Assembly: GCA_902551155.1 (NCBI GenBank)
Contig: CACDBG010000003.1
Span: 12,887 to 76,886 of the forward strand
Origin: an uncultured Verrucomicrobiota bacterium
Lineage (GTDB): Bacteria > Verrucomicrobiota > Verrucomicrobiia > Limisphaerales > UBA1100
DNA length: 64,000 bases
Direction of reading: 5' to 3'
Position 1 is the first letter of the stretch; each line of letters begins with the position of its first letter. The translations under genes and the position numbers were made by a program. Shown piece after piece: positions 43,078-51,365 of the stretch. Under the pieces are notes generated by a model, which was given only the letters and a program-made list of their open reading frames with translations, did no database searches and had not been told where the DNA came from.

Positions 43078-43836
43078 TTAGTTGGCGTTCGGCACATGAA
43101 AGACCACCATGGCGCGGAAGCATGCGCTAGATCCCTTTCCCTCCTGGACGATGGATGAGCTGATGGCATACATTTTATTTTGGCGGGCATAACGGTTTAC
43201 TGCCATGGCTAAATCTTCTACAGAGTAGGCGACAAAGCCCGCGCACTCAGTTTGCATAATGCCTCCTTGAATCATTTTTGAGGGAACTCCAAGAGTAATT
43301 TCATCCCGTGAAGAGATGTTGGGGCTGTCCTCTTTGATAGGGGGCGTGGTGGTCTCTATGTCTGAAGGAGGTTGTGGTGGGTCCACGTCCGATGGGGTGT
43401 GTGCGGTTTGTTTGTCTTGCTCCGAGCTGGAGGAGGTTGATGCTGGGCTTTCATGAAAAGATTTGCTTCGTGCGATAACTTTCTCTTGAAAGCTTCTGTG
43501 TTTCTTTGGTTTTTGTTTTGTTTTCAGCCGGACGTTGATGGCTGACTCTCCAATTTCAATTTTATCATCTGGTTCAAGTTTTATGGGATCTATTGCAGGA
43601 GTGCCATTGACAAGTGTTCCTAGGCTGCTGCCCTGATCATGGAGCCATGCTTCGTTTTTGGAATTTCCCATGTTGTATTCCATTTTTAAGATAAGATGTT
43701 TTCTTGAAACCATCTTGTCTGGGGTTAAGTCAATATCCACCTCTTTGGCCGGAGTGCTTCGTCCTACAACTAGCTCAGGTTTTCCTGATTCAATCGTTTT
43801 GGTTTTTCCGTTGTACAATATTTTAATTACAAACAT
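43078..43836 (-). CDS. FHA-domain protein with a low-complexity linker and an unassigned C-terminal domain
   Basis: N-terminal FHA pattern: LVVGRS...DIDLTPDKMVSRKHLIL...WLHDQGSSLGTLVNG...L.PDDKIEIG. A Ser/Pro/Thr-rich linker follows. The last ~70 aa (GGIMQTECAGFVAYSVEDLAMAVNRYARQNK...) match nothing I recognise. Confidence 0.8.
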   Translation of the reverse strand: MFVIKILYNGKTKTIESGKPELVVGRSTPAKEVDIDLTPDKMVSRKHLILKMEYNMGNSKNEAWLHDQGSSLGTLVNGTPAIDPIKLEPDDKIEIGESAINVRLKTKQKPKKHRSFQEKVIARSKSFHESPASTSSSSEQDKQTAHTPSDVDPPQPPSDIETTTPPIKEDSPNISSRDEITLGVPSKMIQGGIMQTECAGFVAYSVEDLAMAVNRYARQNKMYAISSSIVQEGKGSSACFRAMVVFHVPNAN

Positions 43837-43925
43837 GACGGGGTGCGTTCGCAGTTGGTTTGTTTATGTAGAAATATTATCAGGCGGCCTTCTTTAGGCT
43901 GCTAAAGTGATTTGGAAGCAGGTTG

Positions 43926-44801
43926 TTATTTAATCTGACTATTAAGAAATTTTATTAGATGCGAAGCATTTATTCCACTGTAAAATATGTTTCCTCCGTG
44001 GCCAGCACCTTCAACGATGTGGAATCGAATAGATAAACCGGCTTTATTATACTTTGCCTTGATGGCTTCGGACTGGTCAATCAGGACGGTTTTGTCTTTG
44101 CTTCCGTGGAATATTAGTAAGGGAGCATCGTTTTTACTAACATGGTAGCAGGCGGAGGCTAGTTTTGCAGCTTTGATTTTTTCATGGGCTCCGCCACCTA
44201 ATAAATCATAAACAACTGATCCCTTTGCGTTAGCACGAGATGGTTGGGTTTTGCTTCTTAGAATAAAATCCGTTGCTCCGTAATAAACTACAGCACCCTG
44301 AATCACGGATGAAAATTTAAGATTGCCCCCTACGGCGCCTTCGAGTTCTTTATTTTCTGAAGTGGTTGCCATAAGTGCTGTTAAATGACCTCCGGCGCTG
44401 GAACCAGCTACAAAGATTTTATTGGGGTTGTAACCATACTTTTCCGCATTGGCCCTAAGCCAACGCACTGCTCCTTTGCAATCGTGAATTTGAGCAGGGA
44501 ATTTTGCTACGCTGCTGTAGCGGTATGAGATGCTGGCAACAGTATAGCCATGCTCAGGAAGCCAATCGATATAGCATCTTTCTTTTGTGCCTTTTCTCCA
44601 CCCGCCCCCATGTATCCAGACAACTAAAGGAGAGCCTTTTGGTTTTTTGGGCTGGTATAAATCCAGTTTTAAACTCTGATTATTTACAACTGCAAACTCA
44701 ATATCTTTGGTGATTTTAATGTTATTTGCCGTTGCGCTATTAATACAAAGAAGCATTCCGATAATCAGGGCACTAATTTTTTTCTGTTTTTGCAAAGGCA
44801 T
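43926..44801 (-). CDS. secreted alpha/beta hydrolase (carbohydrate-esterase / lipase-like)
   Basis: Signal peptide, oxyanion HGGGW (VVWIHGGGWRKG), nucleophile elbow GSSAGGH, and C-terminal FHGSKD...GAGHG. Confidence 0.88.
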   Translation of the reverse strand: MPLQKQKKISALIIGMLLCINSATANNIKITKDIEFAVVNNQSLKLDLYQPKKPKGSPLVVWIHGGGWRKGTKERCYIDWLPEHGYTVASISYRYSSVAKFPAQIHDCKGAVRWLRANAEKYGYNPNKIFVAGSSAGGHLTALMATTSENKELEGAVGGNLKFSSVIQGAVVYYGATDFILRSKTQPSRANAKGSVVYDLLGGGAHEKIKAAKLASACYHVSKNDAPLLIFHGSKDKTVLIDQSEAIKAKYNKAGLSIRFHIVEGAGHGGNIFYSGINASHLIKFLNSQIK

Positions 44802-44895
44802 GAGGTAATAAATGCTAGTTACAATGGTTAAGTCAACTTATTAGAAAATCCCTGCTTGACGGGTTGGGTTCTACGGTCAAATTAAAAGTCAGTTC

Positions 44896-46911
44896 ATGAA
44901 AATTAACTCATTAGTTTTTGGTTTTATATGCATTTTTCTCCATCTTTCACTTCAAGCGTTTTCCGCACAGTTTATAACTCCCGGTGATCGGATGATGGCA
45001 CAATATTTTAAGTCTCAGGCTGATGAGATTGCCGCTGAAAGTTTAAACGAAATTAAAACAATTGAAGACTGGGGTGCTCGTAAAAATATTTATCGCAAAC
45101 AAATGCATGAAATGCTGGGGCTGGACCCAATGCCTGAACGTACGCCTTTAAAAGCAGTAGTCACAGGGAAGATAGACCATTCGGAGTTTGAAGTATGGAA
45201 ATTACATTTTCAATCCAAACCCAAGCTTTATGTAACAGCTAATTTGTACGTCCCTAAAAGCATAAAAAAACCAGCGCCAACTATTCTTTATGTTTGCGGT
45301 CATGGATCGGTTAAAGAAGGTGGTGTTAGTTATGGCAACAAGGTTCATTACCAACATCATGGTGTTTGGTTTGCTCGCAATGGTTATGTATGCCTAATCA
45401 TTGACACGTTACAATTGGGTGAGATTGAAGGGATCCATCACGGAACCTATAATCATAATATGTGGTGGTGGAATTCGAGGGGTTACTCTTCAGCATCGGT
45501 TGAGGCATGGAATTGTATCCGGGCTCTGGATTACCTTGAGACACTTGATTTTGTGGACAAGGAACGTTTTGGGGTAACGGGTCGTAGTGGAGGAGGGGCT
45601 TATAGTTGGTGGATTAGTGTTCTAGATAAGCGTATCAAGGTTTCAGCTCCAGTAGCGGGTATCACGAGTTTAAAAAATCATGTTTATGCTGGTTATCCAA
45701 ACAGCGGACGGCTTGCTCATGGCGTGGTGGAAGGTCATTGCGATTGTATGTTTCAAGTTAACACCTATCGATGGGATTTTGGGCAGGTTGCCTCACTCGT
45801 TGCCCCAAGGCCTTTGATGATACTTAATACGGATGACGACCGGATTTTCCCTTTAAATGGGGTAAATGATGTTTTTAATCATGCCAGGCGTATTTATGAC
45901 TTACATGAGGCGCGGGATAAAATAGGGCTCGTAATTACTCCTGGAGGGCATAAGGACACTCAGTCATTGCGTGTGCCTGCTTTTAGTTGGTTTAACCGGC
46001 ATTTAAAAGGCTCGGAGGAGCCGGTCACCATAGTCGCTGAAAAATTATTTAAGCCACAGCAGCTAAGGGTCTTTAATCAACTCCCAAAGGATTCTATTAA
46101 TGGAAAAATCCAGGAACAATTTACTCAGCTAGCTAAAGAGAGTGATGGATCAGGTGAAACAACTATAAAGTTATTAGCTGAGAAAACTTTTCAGGGTTGG
46201 CCGTCTAAGGCTTTTTCATTAAATAAAAAAGAAAATTTTCAGGTTGAATATGAAGGGGTTATCTTTAAGGCGATTGATTTCGATAGCCAAAAGCATGTTC
46301 GTTTGCGCGCATACATCGCGCACCGCAAAGGACTTCGAAATCCATCCCGAGTAGACCTAGAGGTGTTAAATGAAAGTTACTGGACAAAATACCTGCATTT
46401 GGGCCGGTTTGCTTTCACTGATGTTTGGCAGGAGGAATTGAAATTAGCGGGAATTGATGCTGATTTACCTGTCAGTAAAAAACAAAAAAAAGCTTTAGCA
46501 GTGCATATGGAAAAAATGCGCAAAAGTGACGTTGTTTACGTGGTTTTTATGCCTCGTGGTTTGGGGTTGAGTGTATTAAGTGAGGATGATCGTCATATAA
46601 CTCAAGTCCGGCGGCGTTTTATGTTGTTGGGTCAGACATTGGCAGGGATGCAGGTTTGGGATGTCCGTCGTTGTATTCAGCTAGTTGAAGATTTTAGTTA
46701 TAAATGTCCGATTACACTTTGGGGATATGATGACACTTCGAGCCTGATTGCACTAGCTTCTCTCTTTGAAGATGTATCTGCAGTTCACATTAAAGGCTAT
46801 CCTCAGAATGACAAAGATCAGCCTGACTATTTAAATATTTCCAGAATCGCAACACCGGGCCAAATATTGGATTTGGTTCGGGGTAAATCAAAAGTAAACC
46901 TATTGCGCTAA
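44896..46911 (+). CDS. secreted alpha/beta hydrolase (acetyl-xylan-esterase / dienelactone-hydrolase-like) with a large C-terminal extension
   Basis: Signal peptide. ILYVCGHG...HHGVWFARNGYVCLIIDTLQLGE...the nucleophile elbow GVTGRSGGG...NTDDDRIFP...GGH. The C-terminal ~300 aa resemble a second, degenerate copy. Confidence 0.75.
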   Translation: MKINSLVFGFICIFLHLSLQAFSAQFITPGDRMMAQYFKSQADEIAAESLNEIKTIEDWGARKNIYRKQMHEMLGLDPMPERTPLKAVVTGKIDHSEFEVWKLHFQSKPKLYVTANLYVPKSIKKPAPTILYVCGHGSVKEGGVSYGNKVHYQHHGVWFARNGYVCLIIDTLQLGEIEGIHHGTYNHNMWWWNSRGYSSASVEAWNCIRALDYLETLDFVDKERFGVTGRSGGGAYSWWISVLDKRIKVSAPVAGITSLKNHVYAGYPNSGRLAHGVVEGHCDCMFQVNTYRWDFGQVASLVAPRPLMILNTDDDRIFPLNGVNDVFNHARRIYDLHEARDKIGLVITPGGHKDTQSLRVPAFSWFNRHLKGSEEPVTIVAEKLFKPQQLRVFNQLPKDSINGKIQEQFTQLAKESDGSGETTIKLLAEKTFQGWPSKAFSLNKKENFQVEYEGVIFKAIDFDSQKHVRLRAYIAHRKGLRNPSRVDLEVLNESYWTKYLHLGRFAFTDVWQEELKLAGIDADLPVSKKQKKALAVHMEKMRKSDVVYVVFMPRGLGLSVLSEDDRHITQVRRRFMLLGQTLAGMQVWDVRRCIQLVEDFSYKCPITLWGYDDTSSLIALASLFEDVSAVHIKGYPQNDKDQPDYLNISRIATPGQILDLVRGKSKVNLLR

Positions 46912-46942
46912 AAAAAAAGGGTAATTAGAATTAAATATTTTA

Positions 46943-48421
46943 TTATACCATTGGTAAAATTTTGGCCCCAACAATTGTTACAATAATACCAACCAAGCCC
47001 ATGATAGAAAGGCAGGCAGAAAAGGTTTGCAGGGTTTCTTTTTCGGTCATGCCGCTCATTTTGCTGATTACCCAGAAGCCACTGTCATTCATCCAGGGAA
47101 GCGGTTTTGAGCCGCACCCGATGGCTAAAGCGAGGTATACAGGATGATAGCCCAAGTTCATTGAGGCAAACCCCCCCACTATGCCCACGGTGGTGATCAT
47201 GGCCACGGTCGCAGAGCCCTGAGCGGCACGTATAATAGTGGTCGTAGAAAACGCCACGGGAAGGAGCCAAATAGGATCTATATTATGTCCTACCTTTGAT
47301 TCCAGGTGAGGGCCGATGCCAGTTTGTAGTAAAACACTCCCGAAGGCACCTCCGGCACAGCAGATGAGTATGATAAGTCCGCCCTCTTGGAGGGCTTCTT
47401 GCATATGCTTACCAAGTTCTTTGGAATTTTTTAATTGTCCGTACATAACAATGATTGCGATGGCTGAAGAAATGGCTAAAGCAATATTCTTGTCGCCAAA
47501 CAGTTTGATTATGGCCTTTAGGTTATCTGGTGCGGCCGTATGCGTGATTAAAGTTCCTGTGGCAATCAGTACTACAGGTAGGATAATCGGTAAAAGTGAA
47601 CTGAAAAGGGATGGTAATTCCCTTGTTTTTTTATTAGCTAAAGCCTCCAGTTTTTTTATTGATTCAGGTGTCTCACGAAAAGGTATTTCGATTCGTTGAT
47701 TCAACCAAACGCCATATAGGTAGCCAGCACTTGCAGTAAAGATTCCAACGATTAATCCGGCAATAATCATGGTGCCTAAATTTATACTTAACGCACTGGC
47801 GACGTATAGTGGGCCAGGGGTAGGAGGGACCAATGAATGGGTCATGGAACCACCCGCGATCAAGGCTACGATAAAAAGGAGATAATTTTTTCTGAACTTT
47901 AGCCACATGGCTTTCGCCAGAGGTACGGCTAAAAGAAATAAGCTGTCAAAAAAAACGGGTATACCAAGAGTGAATCCACTGGCTAAGAAAGCGGCAGGCG
48001 CACCCTTTTCGCCAAACAGGCCTAATGCGCTGCGCACGATACGATCAGCTGCACCACTGGCAAGCAGGCAACGTCCAATTAGGCAGGCCAGAGCAATAAC
48101 GATACCGATTTTTCCACAGGTGATACCAAATTCAGTTGTAATACGTTGAACAGGGGTTTTTTGCGTATATTTTACGGCCTTTGCTTTCTGGTTTTTGTAT
48201 ATTTTAGCACGCTCAGCTTTGTTAAGTGTCCTGCTGCCTGCTTCTTTAATTCGTTCATTAATATATTTATTAGTAAGCCCGTTAATAGTTTGTTCTTTGG
48301 GTGTGATGCTAGACACCAGAAGGGCTGCGATGAAGAGTGCTAGGAATGGGTGTAGTCGTAATAGGAGAATCGTGCCAAGAACGGTAAACAATCCGATTAA
48401 AACTAGCAGGAACGGGTCCAC
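46943..48421 (-). CDS. GntP-family (gluconate/organic-acid:H+) permease
   Basis: N-terminus of the pattern MDPFLLVLIGLFTVLGTILLLRLHPFLALFIAALLV, GAADRIV, and a C-terminal re-entrant region (NDSGFWVISKMSG) typical of GntP. Confidence 0.82.
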   Translation of the reverse strand: MDPFLLVLIGLFTVLGTILLLRLHPFLALFIAALLVSSITPKEQTINGLTNKYINERIKEAGSRTLNKAERAKIYKNQKAKAVKYTQKTPVQRITTEFGITCGKIGIVIALACLIGRCLLASGAADRIVRSALGLFGEKGAPAAFLASGFTLGIPVFFDSLFLLAVPLAKAMWLKFRKNYLLFIVALIAGGSMTHSLVPPTPGPLYVASALSINLGTMIIAGLIVGIFTASAGYLYGVWLNQRIEIPFRETPESIKKLEALANKKTRELPSLFSSLLPIILPVVLIATGTLITHTAAPDNLKAIIKLFGDKNIALAISSAIAIIVMYGQLKNSKELGKHMQEALQEGGLIILICCAGGAFGSVLLQTGIGPHLESKVGHNIDPIWLLPVAFSTTTIIRAAQGSATVAMITTVGIVGGFASMNLGYHPVYLALAIGCGSKPLPWMNDSGFWVISKMSGMTEKETLQTFSACLSIMGLVGIIVTIVGAKILPMV

Positions 48422-48510
48422 AAAGAGAGGCTAGTCTTAGTTAACTAAAAATCAAACGACAATTGTTTTAAATTGAATGTGATAAGTAAATGGTATACTT
48501 AAAGGAATTA

Positions 48511-50070
48511 ATGTATTGGAATCTTCTATTTTTTTTAGGTTGTGCCATTGGTGTGTGCGCTGCTGATTGGAGCCAGTGGCGTGGGGCTGATCGTAACGGT
48601 GTGGTAACCGATAAAATTTCGCTGCTGACTCAGTTTGATGGTGAAGGTCCGCGGGAACTTTGGAAGAGTGACAAAATACCCAGTAATGATGATGGCGGGC
48701 ATGGTAGCTTAGTGGTCTGGGATAATCGTATCTATATGGCAATAGTTTGGCATGAAGATATCCCTTCAAATAAACGGGAGATTAATGAGTTGGTGGTGAG
48801 AAGGTTGGGGTTTAGAAATATTAGTGGTTATAAGGGCTTAGCTGAGAAAATTGAAAAGGTGCGCGTTGAGGTGAATCCTCGGTTACGTGGGGCCAAATTC
48901 GATGAGTGGGCAGATAATTGGCTTAAGGAAAATTTAGATAATAAATCCGAACATCTTAGCGGTTGGGTCAAAAGTAGGCTGAAAAAAGGGAAGCTGGCCG
49001 TGCCTTATTTTGAATTAGAAAAAGTTTCAAAAATGACAGGAACTACATTTGATAGTGATCAAGATTTCAAGGAGTGGATAAAAAAAGAAGGGTTTGGGGA
49101 GTTGGCTGCTAAGGAGATAATCAAGGCTGTTCCTGCTTCTGTGCGGGCAGCTAAAGATGTAGTGGTATGTATCGATGGTAATACAGGAAAAACCTTATGG
49201 CGCACAGAAGCGTCCGCGGAACCTGCGGGTCGTAAAGCTTCCAGTACTCCTTGTGTGGTAGATGGAAAAGTATTTGCAGCAGGTGGGCGTCATGCTTACT
49301 GCGTGAATGCAAAAACAGGAGTAAAGAAATGGTCTGCAGAATTGCCGGGGAAGGGGACTGCGTCCTCATTCTTGGTCCATAAGGGGAAGGCGTATATTAT
49401 GGCGGGTAAATTGGTGGCGTTGGATGCTGAAACGGGCAAGGAGTTATGGCGAGCTGATAAACTCTCAGCTAGCAATTCTTCTCCTGTGATTTGGAATCAT
49501 TCAGGTCGTGCGAGGCTGATAGTAAGTGCACGAAGTCATTTGGTATGCTTGGAGCCTGATACGGGAGAAATTATTTGGCAAACTGATGGGGGTGGTGAAT
49601 CCACGCCTGTGGTGTCGGGCAATTGGCTGGTTGCGTATTCAAAAAATGAAAAGCTCGGACTAGCTGGCTATAAACTCACTGAGCAAGGCGCTAAGTTACT
49701 TTGGAGCCACCCCTTGGAGGCACGACGCACACAATCTTCCCCTGTGATTTATCAAGGGCACGTTTACCTTGCAGGTGGAGATAATCAGATGTGTGTAGAT
49801 TTAATTTCGGGAAAAATTAAATGGCAGGAAAAACGTCAAAGCACCATTTCTTCTCCCTTGATTGCTGATGGTAAATTTATCGTAATGGAAAATAAGGGGA
49901 GCGAGCTTGTGATGCTAAAGGCCTCCCCTCAGGCGCATCAAGAGATTGCTAAAACGCGAGTCAAGGCGATGTGGTGTCCCTCGCCAGTGGTGAGTAATGG
50001 CCGCCTTTATGTTCGTAGGGATAATCACGTGGTTTGTTTCGAACTTTCATCAAAAGTTGTTATCCCCTAG
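48511..50070 (+). CDS. secreted PQQ-like beta-propeller repeat protein with an internal helical insertion
   Basis: Signal peptide MYWNLLFFLGCAIGVCA followed by ADWSQWRGADRNG. Propeller blades (SSPVIWN, STPVVSGNW, SSPVIYQGHVYL, SSPLIADGKF, PSPVVSNGRLYV). About 130 aa of Lys/Glu-rich insertion follow blade 1. The ORF opens at ATG 48490, but the signal peptide begins at ATG 48511. Confidence 0.82.
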   Translation: MYWNLLFFLGCAIGVCAADWSQWRGADRNGVVTDKISLLTQFDGEGPRELWKSDKIPSNDDGGHGSLVVWDNRIYMAIVWHEDIPSNKREINELVVRRLGFRNISGYKGLAEKIEKVRVEVNPRLRGAKFDEWADNWLKENLDNKSEHLSGWVKSRLKKGKLAVPYFELEKVSKMTGTTFDSDQDFKEWIKKEGFGELAAKEIIKAVPASVRAAKDVVVCIDGNTGKTLWRTEASAEPAGRKASSTPCVVDGKVFAAGGRHAYCVNAKTGVKKWSAELPGKGTASSFLVHKGKAYIMAGKLVALDAETGKELWRADKLSASNSSPVIWNHSGRARLIVSARSHLVCLEPDTGEIIWQTDGGGESTPVVSGNWLVAYSKNEKLGLAGYKLTEQGAKLLWSHPLEARRTQSSPVIYQGHVYLAGGDNQMCVDLISGKIKWQEKRQSTISSPLIADGKFIVMENKGSELVMLKASPQAHQEIAKTRVKAMWCPSPVVSNGRLYVRRDNHVVCFELSSKVVIP

Positions 50071-50072
50071 TT

Positions 50073-51311
50073 CTACCAGTTTATTTCGCTGATACGCTTG
50101 GCAACTTCCTCGGCATTGGTGCGGCTGTTGAAAGCGCTGATACGGAAGTAACCTTCTCCAGCAGCTCCGAAGCCTGCGCCAGGGGTGATGACTACGGAAG
50201 CTTCATTCAAAACTTTATCAAAAATATCCCAACTCGGTGTGTTATTGGGGGTTTTAACCCATATGTACGGAGCATTGATGCCTCCATATACGCTAAGGCC
50301 GCTTGCACTCGAAGCTTCAATAAGGATTGCAGCATTACCCATATAGTGTTCTACAAGTTTATTAATTTGGGCTTTGCCGTTATCACTATAAACTGCGGCT
50401 GCCGCTTTTTGTATTGGGTAACTCGCGCCATTAAATTTGGTAGCCATTCTGCGTGACCAAAGTGAGTGTAAGCTATGTTCTGCTCCCTCAGAATCTCTTC
50501 CGGTCAGCTTCTTTGGGACAATGGTGAAGGCGCAGCGAGTTCCAGTGAAGCCTGCATTTTTGGAGAAACTACGGAATTCGATTGCACATTCACGGGCTCC
50601 TTCAATTTCATAGATTGAATGAGGCACATCGTTATCCTGTATAAATGCTTCGTATGCAGCATCAAATAGAATAAGTGCGTTGTTTTGCTTGGCATAAGTT
50701 ACCCAGTTAGTCAGTTGTTCTTTAGTTGCAGTTGCTCCAGTGGGGTTGTTCGGATAACACAAATAGATGATATCTGCTTTTTCTGCTGGGAGTGCGGGAA
50801 CAAATTGGTTTTCTGCGGTGCAGGGTAAATAAGTGATTCCTTCATACTGACCCTCGGAATTTGTTTTTCCGGTGTGGCCGGCCATGACATTCGTATCTAG
50901 ATATACCGGATATACTGGGTCAGTTATGGCGATTTTGTTTTGATGGCCAAGGATATCGAGGATATTAGCTGTATCGCATTTGGCGCCATCTGAGACAAAG
51001 ATTTCGTCAGGGTTGATGTTTACTCCACGTTTTGCAAAGTCATTTTCCGCAATGGATTCACGAAGAAAATCATACCCTGCCTCCGGCCCGTAACCCCTAA
51101 AAGTCTCCCGATTGTCCATTTCGTCTACTGCGGAATGGAGTGCTTCTATGCATGCTTTTGGCAGTGGTTCGGTCACATCCCCAATGCCGCAACGAATAAG
51201 TCGCGGAGCAGCATTCGGGTTGGCCTTTGAAAATTCATTTACGCGACGGCCTATTTCAGGAAATAGATAACCAGCCTGCAGTTTAAGGTAATTCTCGTTT
51301 ATGTAAGCCAT
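50073..51311 (-). CDS. dapL: LL-diaminopimelate aminotransferase
   Basis: [24 protein letters not shown]...[17 protein letters not shown], and the PLP lysine in [13 protein letters not shown]. This is the diagnostic DapL N-terminus. Confidence 0.93.
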   Translation of the reverse strand: MAYINENYLKLQAGYLFPEIGRRVNEFSKANPNAAPRLIRCGIGDVTEPLPKACIEALHSAVDEMDNRETFRGYGPEAGYDFLRESIAENDFAKRGVNINPDEIFVSDGAKCDTANILDILGHQNKIAITDPVYPVYLDTNVMAGHTGKTNSEGQYEGITYLPCTAENQFVPALPAEKADIIYLCYPNNPTGATATKEQLTNWVTYAKQNNALILFDAAYEAFIQDNDVPHSIYEIEGARECAIEFRSFSKNAGFTGTRCAFTIVPKKLTGRDSEGAEHSLHSLWSRRMATKFNGASYPIQKAAAAVYSDNGKAQINKLVEHYMGNAAILIEASSASGLSVYGGINAPYIWVKTPNNTPSWDIFDKVLNEASVVITPGAGFGAAGEGYFRISAFNSRTNAEEVAKRISEINW

Positions 51312-51365
51312 TGGAAGGGCGCAACCTACAGAAGTGCTTGCCTGGTGGCAAGCGGCTTTAGGTTT

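Noticed and set aside
50034-50456. 140-aa plus-strand ORF overlapping the dapL 3' end
   Set aside because: It is antisense to DapL, which is complete and diagnostic. No motifs.
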